From an uncultured Chloroflexia bacterium (lineage in GTDB: Bacteria; Chloroflexota; Limnocylindria; QHBO01), in the NCBI GenBank assembly GCA_963773405.1, contig CAVZAQ010000005.1:133113-197112 (forward strand): DNA of 64,000 nucleotides, in the 5' to 3' direction. Both the position numbers and the translations under genes were made by a program. The notes below the pieces were generated by a model, which ran no database searches, was not told where the DNA came from, and was given only the letters and a program-made list of their open reading frames with translations. This document shows positions 18,220 to 27,606 of the stretch, in pieces (positions within the stretch are counted from its first letter, which is position 1; each line of letters opens with the position of its first letter).

Positions 18220-20168
18220 CGGCGCCCGTCGAACCGCGATTCCTGCCACGTCACGAGCTTGCCGCCCTGATCGACCTCCTTGCCGAGGATGGACGCCGGG
18301 TGATTGGGCCCACGGTCGCGGACGGCGCCGTCGTCTACGACGAGGTTCGCGCCCCGGCCGACCTGCCCACCGGCCTGCGCGACGAGCAGGCGCCGGGCTC
18401 GTACCGGCTGGTCGAGACCGGCAGCGAGCGCGTCTTCGACGTGACCGTGGGCATGACCAGCTGGAAGCGCTACACCTTCCCGCCCATCGTCCCGCTCACC
18501 CGTGCCAGCCAGGACGGCGGTCACCTGAACCTCGAGCCCGCGCCGGAACCGGTGGAGCCCATGGCGTTCCTGGGCGTCCGCGCCTGCGAGCTCGCCGCGC
18601 TCGGGATCCAGGACCGTGTCCTCACCGGAGGTCCCTTCGTCGACGCTGACTACCGCGCGCGGCGTGACGCGGCGCTGGTGGTGGCCGCCCAATGCACACG
18701 CGCCGGAAAGACCTGCTTCTGCAGCTCCATGGGCACCGGCCCCGAAGTTACCGACGGGGCGGACCTGGTCCTCACCGAGCTCGACGACGGCTTTCTGGTT
18801 ACACCCGGGACGGCTCGCGGTGCCGACCTGCTCGACCGGCTCCCCGCCGTCGCGGCGTCCGGTGAGCAGTCGGCAACGGCGGGCTCCGCCGTCGCGCAGG
18901 CCCGCGCCTCGATGGGTGACCAGGTCGCAACCGACGGCCTCCACGATCGCCTGCTCGATGCACTCGACAGCCCGCGCTGGCAGGAGGTGGCCGACCGCTG
19001 CCTGGCCTGCGCCAACTGCACCCTGGTGTGCCCCACCTGCTTCTGCACCAGCGTCACGCAGCGCGCCGATCTGGACACCGCCAACGCGGTCGCCGAGCGG
19101 TCGTGGGACTCGTGCTTCACCGCGGGCTTCGCCAAGGTCGCGGGCGGCAGCTTCCGCAACCGCCGGCAGGACCGCTACCGGCAGTGGCTCACGCACAAGT
19201 TCGCAACCTGGATCGACCAGTTCGGGAGCTCCGGCTGCGTCGGCTGCGGCCGATGCATCGCCTGGTGCCCGGTCGGGATCGACGTGCGCGAGGAGCTCGA
19301 GGCGATTGCGCCCCCCGCGGAGCGGCTCCGCAAGCGTCCCGTGCTTGCCGCCGGGACCGGCCCGGCCACCTACTCGGTCGGCACCGTCCGATCCGTGACG
19401 CCCGAGACGGCCGATACCTACTCGCTGGTGATCGACGGGGTTGACCCGGTGGTCATGACCGGTACGCCGGGCCAGTTCCTGATGGTCGAGCAGCCGGGCT
19501 TCCCGGCATTCCCGATCTCCATCTCCCGCTATGCCCGCGACCACGTTGTCCTCACCGTGCGCGCCGCCGGTCCCGCAACGGCCCATCTCGTCCACGCGGA
19601 GGCCGGCATGGAGATTGGCCTGCGTGGGCCGCTGGGCGTGGGCTGGCCCGTGGAGCGGGCGCTCGGCAAGGACGTCGTGATTGCGACCGGCGGCATTGGA
19701 CTCGCGCCCCTGCGACCCCTGCTCGACGCCCTGATGGCGTCGCGCGATCGCTTCGGCAAGGTCTCCCTCTACTACGGGGCCAGAACGCCGAATGACATGC
19801 TCTACACCGATGAGATGGCCAGCTGGGCAGAGCTCGGCATCGACATCGCCCTGACGGTGGACCGAGCCGGGCCCGAGTGGCTCGGGCGCGTGGGTGTCGT
19901 GACCCAGCTGTTCGACCAGGCCGACTGGCACGGCCAGCCGGTCGTTGCCTACCTGTGCGGCCCGGAGCGCATGATGCAGGTGGCGGTCCGTACCGTGGCC
20001 GAGCGCGGGATCCCGACAGAGCGCACCTTCGTCTCGCTCGAGCGCCACATGCAGTGCGGCATCGGCCTGTGCGGGCATTGCCAGATGGGCAAGGCCTTCA
20101 TCTGCCGCGACGGCCCGGTCTTCTCCGTGGCCCAGCTCGGGGATGCGCTGAACGTGGAGGGACTGTGA
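18213..20168 (+). CDS. hyhBG: fused group 3b hydrogenase beta (4Fe-4S) and gamma (FAD/NAD(P)-binding, 2Fe-2S) subunits
   Basis: N-half: GVRACEL, CFCSSMG, CLACANCTLVCPTCFC, CVGCGRCIAWCPVGID. C-half: PGQFLMV, GLRGPLG, GGIGLAP, CGPERMM, MQCGIGLCGHCQ...CRDGPV. Confidence 0.92.
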   Translation: MVTAPVEPRFLPRHELAALIDLLAEDGRRVIGPTVADGAVVYDEVRAPADLPTGLRDEQAPGSYRLVETGSERVFDVTVGMTSWKRYTFPPIVPLTRASQDGGHLNLEPAPEPVEPMAFLGVRACELAALGIQDRVLTGGPFVDADYRARRDAALVVAAQCTRAGKTCFCSSMGTGPEVTDGADLVLTELDDGFLVTPGTARGADLLDRLPAVAASGEQSATAGSAVAQARASMGDQVATDGLHDRLLDALDSPRWQEVADRCLACANCTLVCPTCFCTSVTQRADLDTANAVAERSWDSCFTAGFAKVAGGSFRNRRQDRYRQWLTHKFATWIDQFGSSGCVGCGRCIAWCPVGIDVREELEAIAPPAERLRKRPVLAAGTGPATYSVGTVRSVTPETADTYSLVIDGVDPVVMTGTPGQFLMVEQPGFPAFPISISRYARDHVVLTVRAAGPATAHLVHAEAGMEIGLRGPLGVGWPVERALGKDVVIATGGIGLAPLRPLLDALMASRDRFGKVSLYYGARTPNDMLYTDEMASWAELGIDIALTVDRAGPEWLGRVGVVTQLFDQADWHGQPVVAYLCGPERMMQVAVRTVAERGIPTERTFVSLERHMQCGIGLCGHCQMGKAFICRDGPVFSVAQLGDALNVEGL

Positions 20169-21028
20169 TGGCCGCCGGAGCAAGTCAGTTCCACGCGAGC
20201 CGGCAGAAGGCATCGGCGGACCGGCCCGCCCGCCCGCGCGTTGGCGTCGCCAAGCTGACCTCATGTGATGGGTGCCAGCTGACGCTCCTCGACCTCGAGG
20301 ACCACCTGCTCGACATCGTGGCGGCCTTCGAGATCGTCGAGTTCCCGGAGGCAACCTCGAACCGCTCGAGCGGTCCGTACGACGTGCTGCTGGTCGAGGG
20401 CTCGGTCAGCACGCCGGAGCAGGTCGAGTGGATAGGCGAGCTGCGGCGCCGTGCCGGGGTGCTGGTCACCATCGGCGCCTGCGCCACCGCTGGCGGAATC
20501 CAGGCGCTGCGCAACTGGGGGAACGAGCCCGCCTGGCGGGCATCGGTCTACCCACGCCCGGAGCTGCTCGAGACCCTGCCCACCAGCACCGCGGTGAGCG
20601 ATCACGTCGCGGTCGACGCTGAGCTGCGTGGCTGCCCCATCGACCCGGGCCAGCTCCTGGAGCTGCTCGCCGCCCTGCGCTCCGGGCGTCGGCCGCAGCT
20701 CCCTGACGAGGCGGTCTGCCTTGCCTGCAAACGCCGCGGGACCGTATGCGTGGTGGTCGCCGAGGGGATCCCGTGCCTGGGACCGGTGACCCACACCGGG
20801 TGCGGCGCCATATGCCCCGCGTACGGCCGGGGCTGCTACGCGTGCTTCGGGCCGCGTGAGCAGGCGAACGTCGAGTCACTCGCCGGCTGGTTCCGCGAGC
20901 ACGGCGTCGACGACGCCAGCGCGGCACGCCTGTTCGCCGGCTTCACGGCCTACGCACCGCCATTCCGCTCCGAGGCGGAGTCGGCCACCCGCACCGCCCA
21001 TCGGCACCAGGAGCCACGCAATGCATGA
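20168..21028 (+). CDS. hyhS: group 3b [NiFe]-hydrogenase small (delta) subunit
   Basis: SCDGCQ, VEGSV, GACATAGG, GCP, CLAC...C...CLGPVTHTGCGAICP...CYACFG. ATG overlaps the upstream TGA. Confidence 0.93.
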   Translation: MAAGASQFHASRQKASADRPARPRVGVAKLTSCDGCQLTLLDLEDHLLDIVAAFEIVEFPEATSNRSSGPYDVLLVEGSVSTPEQVEWIGELRRRAGVLVTIGACATAGGIQALRNWGNEPAWRASVYPRPELLETLPTSTAVSDHVAVDAELRGCPIDPGQLLELLAALRSGRRPQLPDEAVCLACKRRGTVCVVVAEGIPCLGPVTHTGCGAICPAYGRGCYACFGPREQANVESLAGWFREHGVDDASAARLFAGFTAYAPPFRSEAESATRTAHRHQEPRNA

Positions 21029-22379
21029 GTCCACGGGGGCCGGACCCGGCCTCGTCGCGCCGCCCGGCCCGGACGGAGAGATCCGCTACGAGGTCTCCGA
21101 GCTGACCCGCGTCGAGGGGGAGGGCTCGCTGAAGCTGGTCGTGCGCGGCGGCGAGGTCGTCACGGCACAACTCGCCATCTTCGAGGCGCCCCGTTACTTC
21201 GAGCAGCTCGTGGTGGGCCGCACACCCGACGAGGTGATCGACATCGTCGCGCGCATCTGCGGGATCTGCCCGGTCGCCTACCAGATGTCGGCAGTCCATG
21301 CCTTCGAGGATCTCTTCGGCGTGGCCATCGACCCGGCGGTGCGGACCCTGCGCCGGCTCCTCTACTGCGGCGAGTGGATCGAGAGCCACGCACTGCACAT
21401 CTACCTGCTCCACGCATCCGATTTCCTGGGCTACCCGAGCGCCATCGAGATGGCGGCAGATCACCGGGAGCTCGTGGCGCAGGGGCTGCGCCTCAAGCGC
21501 ATGGGCAACCGGCTGATCGAGGTGCTCGGCGGGCGTGCCATCCACCCGGTGAGCGTCCGGGTCGGCGGCTTCTCGCGCGCGCCGCGCCGGCGCGAGCTGG
21601 AGGCGCTGCTGCCGGACCTCGAGGCGGCGATCCCGGAGGCCCAGGCGACCCTCGACTGGGTCGCGACCCTCGTGCCGCCGGACTACGTCCGTGAGCCGCA
21701 GCTGCTGGCGCTCAAGCATCCGGAGGAGTACGCCTACAACCACGGCCGGATCGTCTCGAACGACGGGATCGACCTGCCACCGGGCGAGTGGGGCACCGCC
21801 TTCCGCGAGGAGCAGGTGGCCTGGTCGCACGCCCTCCAGGCTCGTTCGCACACCGGCGGGGTCTACCTCCTTGGTCCGTCGGCGCGGGTGACGCTCTCCC
21901 CGGAAACGCTCCATCCGCTGGCCGCCGAGGGGTTGGCCCGCACCGGCCAGGCGGAGATGATCCGTCGCAACGTGTTCAGCAGCATCGTGGCCCGCGGGGT
22001 CGAGCTGCTCCACGCGATCGCGGAGGCGCGCGACATCGTCGCCGACTACCGCGAGCCCGACGTGCCCCTCGCAACGTGGTCGCCGCGGCCGGGGATCGCC
22101 GCCTGGGCGACCGAGGCGCCGCGCGGCCTCCTGTTCCATCGCTACGAGCTTGACGAGCAGGGCCTGATCCGCCGTGCCCAGATCGTCCCGCCAACGAGCC
22201 AGAACCAGGGCGCCATCGAACGGGACCTGGCCGCCTTCGCGCCGAGCCTGATCTCGCTGCCCCACGAGGAGGCGACGCATCGGTTCGAGCAGCTGATCCG
22301 CAGCTATGACCCCTGCATCAGCTGTGCGACCCACTTTCTGGACCTGCGGGTGGACCGGGGCGACGAGACGGCCTCGTGA
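21021..22379 (+). CDS. hyhL: group 3b [NiFe]-hydrogenase large (alpha) subunit
   Basis: TRVEGEG, L1 RICGICPVAY, EAPRGLLFH, L2 RSYDPCISCATH followed by a cleavable C-terminal extension. Confidence 0.95.
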   Translation: MHESTGAGPGLVAPPGPDGEIRYEVSELTRVEGEGSLKLVVRGGEVVTAQLAIFEAPRYFEQLVVGRTPDEVIDIVARICGICPVAYQMSAVHAFEDLFGVAIDPAVRTLRRLLYCGEWIESHALHIYLLHASDFLGYPSAIEMAADHRELVAQGLRLKRMGNRLIEVLGGRAIHPVSVRVGGFSRAPRRRELEALLPDLEAAIPEAQATLDWVATLVPPDYVREPQLLALKHPEEYAYNHGRIVSNDGIDLPPGEWGTAFREEQVAWSHALQARSHTGGVYLLGPSARVTLSPETLHPLAAEGLARTGQAEMIRRNVFSSIVARGVELLHAIAEARDIVADYREPDVPLATWSPRPGIAAWATEAPRGLLFHRYELDEQGLIRRAQIVPPTSQNQGAIERDLAAFAPSLISLPHEEATHRFEQLIRSYDPCISCATHFLDLRVDRGDETAS

Positions 22380-22844
22380 CCCGGATCCCGATCCTGGTCT
22401 GCGGCACGCGGCTGCGGGGCGACGATGGTGCAGCCCTTGCCGCCATGGGCGAGCTGCCCGAGTCGGACGGGCTTGCCATCGAGCTGCGGGTCGTCGGCCA
22501 GCTGGAGGCGGACCTTCTCATGGAGCCGGGCATCGAACCCTGCGTCGTGGTCGACACCGTGGTCGGCGTGCCCGCCCGGATCACTGGTGAGGCTCGCGCT
22601 CGCGGAGGTGGCCGAGGTCGGCATCGGGCAGGTTTCCCACTCCTCGCACAGCCTGGGCGTCGGCCAGGCCGTCCGCCTCGCCGAGACGTTGCTGGGCCGT
22701 TCGCTCAGCGGACGCTTCGTCGGCATCGGCGGCATCGAGTTCGGTGCCGATACGGATCTCTCGCCAGCGGTGCGCGATGCCCTGCCCGCGCTGCGCGCCG
22801 CCGTAGCGGAGGCCGTCGCCGCCCTGGCCGCAGGCGGGTCCTGA
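22376..22844 (+). CDS. hydrogenase maturation endopeptidase; indel near 22585
   Basis: ILVCGTRLRGDDGA, VVVDTV, then in the next frame SSHSLGV and LSPAVRDALP. Confidence 0.8.
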
Positions 22845-22847
22845 GCC

Positions 22848-23102
22848 ATGTGCATGACCGTTCCGGGACGCGTCCAGGCGGTCGCCGCCGGTAGTGCCAG
22901 CGTCGAGCTGGAGGGACGGATGCGCGAGGTCTCGACCATCCTGCATCCTGAGATCGAGCCGGGCGACTGGGTGATCGTCTCCGCGGGGACGATCCTGGAG
23001 CGCCTGGACCCGGCCGAGGCCGCCTTCATCCGCGCAGAGATCGACGCGCGCCGAGGCCGCGTCCAGACCCTGAGTTCGGGGCGGGCGTTCGGGATGGGGT
23101 GA
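22848..23102 (+). CDS. hypC: hydrogenase assembly chaperone HypC/HupF
   Basis: N-terminal MCMTVPGRV, PGDWVIVSAG, LDPAEA. Confidence 0.88.
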   Translation: MCMTVPGRVQAVAAGSASVELEGRMREVSTILHPEIEPGDWVIVSAGTILERLDPAEAAFIRAEIDARRGRVQTLSSGRAFGMG

Positions 23103-23258
23103 CGCCGGACCGCAGCCATCGGTAGAATGTCCCGCGTGCCGCCTCCAGCCCGCCTGGATGCGTGACCCTGTTCTGCACCCGGCCGCATTGGGAGCACCGC
23201 GATATCCCCGGCCCCATGCGCGCCGACCGAGACGGTTGAGGAGCCTCGAGACCAGCTG

Positions 23259-24329
23259 ATGCAACGACTGGCGGCCCGACTGCGGCTGCGGACCGTGATC
23301 CGCGTCGCGACCCCGCTCCTGCTGATCTTCGTGCTGGGCGGGTGCCTGATCCCGCCCACCCCCGAGACGACGCAGGCGAAGGACATCTTCTCGCTCTACA
23401 CGATCGTCTTCGTCATGGGCGCCATCGTCTTCTTCGGCGTGGAGGGGATGATCGTCTGGTCGATCATTCGCTACCGTCGCCGCGACGACCGTCTCCCCGA
23501 CCAGATGCACGGCAACACGCTGATCGAGATCGTGTGGACGGTGATCCCGACCGTGATCGTGTTGGCCCTCTTCGTCATCTCGACGATCACCCTGACGACC
23601 ATCGACGCCAAGTCCAGCAACCCGGCGGTCACCATCGAGGTGGATGCCTTCCAGTGGCAGTGGACCTTCCACTACCTCGACAACGACAACGACCCCACCA
23701 ACGACTACTCGGTCACCGGCACGGCCGCGAACCCGCCGGTGATGGGTCTGCCCACGGGTCAGCCGATCAAGCTGATCCTCCACTCACAGGACGTGATCCA
23801 TTCCTTCTACGTGCCGCACTTCCTCATCAAGCGCGACGTGATCCCGTTCCCCGCCGGCCAGCCGGACAACACCCTGGAGTTCACGGTCACCGATGCCGGC
23901 ACCTACGCCGGGCAGTGCGCCGAGTTCTGCGGCGACCTGCACTCCAAGATGACCTTCAGCGTGCAGGCGATGGCCCCGGCGGACTATGCGACCTGGCTCG
24001 CCAATGCGAAGGCTGGCAACACGCCCGCGCCCTCGGCCTCCGTGGCACCCAACACGACCACCGTCGACATCACCGCGGAGCAGATCGCCTTCGACAAGAA
24101 GACGCTCGAGGTGCCGGCCGGGCAGGCGTTCGTGATCCACTTCGAGAACAAGGACACCGTGCAGCACAACGTCGCGATCTACGACGCGAGCGGAAAGGCC
24201 CTCTTCACGGGGCAGATCATCGGGCAGGGCACCGTCGACTACCAGGTGCCGGCGCTGGCTGCCGGTGACTACCACTTCCAGTGCGACGTGCACCCGACCA
24301 TCATGTTCGGCACCCTGACGGCGAAGTAG
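23259..24329 (+). CDS. ctaC: heme-copper oxidase subunit II (CuA) with an extra C-terminal type-1 cupredoxin domain
   Basis: Lipobox LGGC, two TMs, HGNTLIEIVWT, QWQW, DVIHSF, CuA motif CAEFCGDLHSKM. After a linker, a second domain with HN...CDVHPTIM. Confidence 0.93.
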   Translation: MQRLAARLRLRTVIRVATPLLLIFVLGGCLIPPTPETTQAKDIFSLYTIVFVMGAIVFFGVEGMIVWSIIRYRRRDDRLPDQMHGNTLIEIVWTVIPTVIVLALFVISTITLTTIDAKSSNPAVTIEVDAFQWQWTFHYLDNDNDPTNDYSVTGTAANPPVMGLPTGQPIKLILHSQDVIHSFYVPHFLIKRDVIPFPAGQPDNTLEFTVTDAGTYAGQCAEFCGDLHSKMTFSVQAMAPADYATWLANAKAGNTPAPSASVAPNTTTVDITAEQIAFDKKTLEVPAGQAFVIHFENKDTVQHNVAIYDASGKALFTGQIIGQGTVDYQVPALAAGDYHFQCDVHPTIMFGTLTAK

Positions 24330-24344
24330 GCGGAGCGAAGACCG

Positions 24345-26012
24345 ATGGCGACCACCACCCTTTCCCCGCGGACCGACAGCTACCGCCGATCCTGGGTCCT
24401 CGACTGGTTGACGACGGTCGACCACAAGAAGATCGGGATCATGTACATCGTCAACTCCTTCCTCTTCTTCTTCCTGGCCGGGATCCTGGCCCTGGTGGTG
24501 CGCAGCGAGCTGGCGGTGCCCGGCCTCCAGTTCCTCGACGAGCGCACCTACAACGAGGCCTTCACGATGCACGGGACGATCATGATCTTCCTGTTCGTCG
24601 TGCCGGTCCTGGCAGGGTTCGCCAACTACATCGTGCCCCTCATGCTGGGCGCCCCGGACATGGCATTCCCGCGCATCAACGCCGTCAGCTTCTGGCTCCT
24701 GCCCCTGGGCGGCGGCCTGATTCTTTCCGGCTACCTCTTCGGCGGGGCCGCGGCAGAGGGCTGGACGGGCTATGCGCCCCTCTCCGGGCCGAACTACTCG
24801 TCCGGGCCGGGAACGGACCTCTGGCTGGTGGGCCTCATGCTGGTCGGGACCGCCTCGATCCTGGGTTCCATCAACTTCATCGCCACCATCTTCAAGATGC
24901 GCGCGCCGGGGATGACCCTCTTCCGGATGCCCATCTTCGTGTGGACCGTGCTCGTCACCGCCACCCTGATCCTGCTCGCCACCCCGGTCCTCACCGCCGG
25001 CCTGATAGCGCTCTTCATCGATCGGAACTACGGCGGCAGCTTCTTCGAGCCGGCGACCGGCGGGAACCCGATCCTCTGGCAGCACATCTTCTGGTTCTTC
25101 GGGCATCCGGAGGTCTACATCGTCATCCTGCCGGCCATGGGCGTGGTGAGCGAGGTGCTCCCCGTCTTCAGCCGGAAGCCGCTCTTCGGCTACCGGGCCT
25201 TCGTCTTCGCCACCATCGCCATCGGGCTGCTCAGCTTCAGCGTCTGGGCCCACCACATGTTCGCGACCGGGGTCGTCTTCCTGCCCTTCTTCAGCTTCAT
25301 GACCGCACTCATCGCGGTGCCCACCGGCGTGAAGATGTTCAACTGGATCGCGACCCTCTTCCGTGGATCCGTCAGCCTCACGACGCCCATGCTCTTCGCG
25401 CTCGGCTTCATCAGCATGTTCCTGATCGGCGGGATCAGCGGCGTGATGCTGGCCGAGGCCCCGGTGGACTTCCACCTGACCGATACCTACTTCGTGGTCG
25501 CCCACCTGCACTACGTCTTCTTCGGCGGGTCGGTCTTCGGCGTCTTCGCCGCGAGCTACTACTGGTTCCCGAAGATGTTCGGGCGGCGCCTGAACGAGGG
25601 CCTGGGCAAGGCCCACTTCTGGCTCATGTTCATTGGCTTCAACCTTGCGTTCTTCCCGATGCACATCCTGGGCATCCAGGGAATGCCGCGCCGCATCGCC
25701 GATTACTCGCCCGACGCCGGCTGGACGCTCCTGAACTTCATCTCCACCATCGGCGCCTTCATCATCGCGATCTCGATCCTGCCGTTCCTGGTGAACATCG
25801 TGGCAACCTTCATCAACGGCGAGGAGGTCGGGGACGACCCGTGGGAGGCCAACACCCTGGAGTGGGCCACCAGCTCGCCGCCGCCCGCCTACAACTTCGA
25901 CCGGATCCCGCCCATTCGCTCCGAGCGACCGGTCTTTGACCTGCGTCACAAGCATGATCGCGAGCACCTCGTCGCCGGGGCCGCGATGACCAGCGTGGAG
26001 GAACAGGCATGA
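24345..26012 (+). CDS. ctaD: cytochrome c oxidase subunit I, A1 family
   Basis: TVDHKKIG, TMHGTIM, DMAFPRIN, WFFGHPEVY, VWAHHMF, VVAHLHYV, GMPRR. Confidence 0.97.
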   Translation: MATTTLSPRTDSYRRSWVLDWLTTVDHKKIGIMYIVNSFLFFFLAGILALVVRSELAVPGLQFLDERTYNEAFTMHGTIMIFLFVVPVLAGFANYIVPLMLGAPDMAFPRINAVSFWLLPLGGGLILSGYLFGGAAAEGWTGYAPLSGPNYSSGPGTDLWLVGLMLVGTASILGSINFIATIFKMRAPGMTLFRMPIFVWTVLVTATLILLATPVLTAGLIALFIDRNYGGSFFEPATGGNPILWQHIFWFFGHPEVYIVILPAMGVVSEVLPVFSRKPLFGYRAFVFATIAIGLLSFSVWAHHMFATGVVFLPFFSFMTALIAVPTGVKMFNWIATLFRGSVSLTTPMLFALGFISMFLIGGISGVMLAEAPVDFHLTDTYFVVAHLHYVFFGGSVFGVFAASYYWFPKMFGRRLNEGLGKAHFWLMFIGFNLAFFPMHILGIQGMPRRIADYSPDAGWTLLNFISTIGAFIIAISILPFLVNIVATFINGEEVGDDPWEANTLEWATSSPPPAYNFDRIPPIRSERPVFDLRHKHDREHLVAGAAMTSVEEQA

Positions 26013-26626
26013 GCGCCGAGGCACCCGCCGTCCAGACTCCCACCCCCTCGGCGGCCGTCCCGCACCGTCCCACAGGGATGCCCACCCCGCTCCTGGGGAT
26101 GCTGCTCTTCATCGCCAGCGAGGTGATGTTCTTTGGCGGGCTCTTTGCCGCCTACTTCAACAGTCGCGCCGCGCACCAGGGGGAATGGGGACCGCCCACC
26201 TCTGCCCCACCGCTCGAGTTCCTGCCCATTGCGCTGCCCATCACCATCATCCTGATCAGCTCCAGCTTCACCATGCAGCTCGCGGTGTGGGCCATCCGGC
26301 GCGGCGACCAGGCCCGGATGCGGTTCTGGATCGGCGTGACCCTGGCGCTGGGCGTCATCTTCCTGGCCGGGCAGCTGTACGACTACTCGCAGCTGGGCTT
26401 CGGGATCGGTGACGGCATCTTCGGGACCACGTTCTACACGCTCACCGGCTTCCACGGCGCGCACGTCTTTGGTGGGGCCATTGGCCTGACCATCCTCCTG
26501 GCGCGCGGGATGCAGGGCCAGTTCAGCCAGCGCAACCACGTGGCGGTGGAGGCGATCAGCATGTACTGGCACTTCGTCGACGTGGTCTGGATCGCGCTCT
26601 TCAGCACCCTGTACTTCCTTCGGTAG
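26009..26626 (+). CDS. ctaE: cytochrome c oxidase subunit III
   Basis: LFIASEVMFFGGLF, FYTLTGFHGAHV, YWHFVDVVW. Confidence 0.96.
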   Translation: MSAEAPAVQTPTPSAAVPHRPTGMPTPLLGMLLFIASEVMFFGGLFAAYFNSRAAHQGEWGPPTSAPPLEFLPIALPITIILISSSFTMQLAVWAIRRGDQARMRFWIGVTLALGVIFLAGQLYDYSQLGFGIGDGIFGTTFYTLTGFHGAHVFGGAIGLTILLARGMQGQFSQRNHVAVEAISMYWHFVDVVWIALFSTLYFLR

Positions 26627-26642
26627 GCGAGAGGTCGACCGC

Positions 26643-26985
26643 ATGTCCGATACGCAGCTGGGCTACCTGATCCTTGGGGTCGGGATCCTGTTCGTCCTGG
26701 GCCTGGTCTTCGCCATCTCGAGCCGGGTCCCCGCCGGGATCCCGCGCTGTTCCGCCGGGCGTGCACCTGCCGCCGCCCAGCCTGCTCCCGGTGATCCTCT
26801 CCGTGGGCGCAGGGCTGCTGGCAGCGGGCCTGGCATTCAAGCCCGACGGCCAGCTCATGAACTGGTTCGTTGGCGTGCCCGGCCTGCTGGTGATCGTCTC
26901 CGGGGCGGTGGGCTGGGTCCGGGCTGCGGGTCACGAATGGCGTGAGACGGACCAGCAACCGCACGAAGACGCCAAGGGGCACTGA
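26643..26985 (+). CDS. probable oxidase subunit 4-like small membrane protein; indel near 26740
   Basis: Joined frames read MSDTQLGYLILGVGILFVLGLVFAISSRV...GVHLPPPSLLPVILSVG...WVRAAGHEW. Three TMs and an HLPxPS motif, directly after subunit III. Confidence 0.6.
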
Positions 26986-27594
26986 GTGACGGCCGTCCCG
27001 GCGAGCGAACGATCGGCGCAGGTCGATCGGGCCGGCAATCCGGCGCCGGAGTCGGCGAATCCGCGTCGAAGGCTTCCGGTCGCGTATCTGCTCAGCGCGG
27101 CCGTCCTGCCGCTCATCCTCCTCTCGCTGCTTGCATGGCGGCTGGCGGCCGCCCCCGCCGCTCCCGCGGCCACCATCGGCTCTTCCGCACCCGAGTTCAC
27201 GCTGACCGACCTCGACGGCAAGACGGTCTCGCTGGCGGACCTGCGCGGACACCCGGTGATCGTCAACTTCTGGGCCAGCTGGTGCGGCCCATGCATCGAG
27301 GAGTTCCCGCTCCTCCAGCAGGCGGCGAGCGAGCACGCCGCCGAGGGCATGGTGATCGTGGGCATCGTGTACCAGGATCGAGCCGATGCCGCCCGCTCGT
27401 TCATGTCACGCATGGGGGCGCGCTGGGCGACCGCCATGGACCCGGGTGGCAGCGTGGCCGCCAGCTACGGCATCTCCGCCCCGCCCGACTCGTTCTTCAT
27501 CGACCGGAACGGCGTTATCGCCGGCCGGCAGATTGGCCAGCTGAGCCAGCAGGACATGGCCCGCCAGCTGGACACCATCCTGGGCAAGGAGTAA
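26986..27594 (+). CDS. membrane-anchored TlpA/ResA-like thiol-disulfide oxidoreductase
   Basis: One TM, APEFTLTDLDG, VNFWASWCGPC, FFIDRNG. Confidence 0.9.
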   Translation: MTAVPASERSAQVDRAGNPAPESANPRRRLPVAYLLSAAVLPLILLSLLAWRLAAAPAAPAATIGSSAPEFTLTDLDGKTVSLADLRGHPVIVNFWASWCGPCIEEFPLLQQAASEHAAEGMVIVGIVYQDRADAARSFMSRMGARWATAMDPGGSVAASYGISAPPDSFFIDRNGVIAGRQIGQLSQQDMARQLDTILGKE

Positions 27595-27606
27595 CCATTC
27601 GGACCA

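Noticed and set aside
23123-23165. Leaderless uORF MPPPARLDA after TAGAAT upstream of ctaC
   Set aside because: ctaC has its own GAGGAG-like RBS, the peptide has no telling features, and a GTG at this spot can easily be chance in GC-rich DNA. The TAGAAT is probably just the oxidase promoter.
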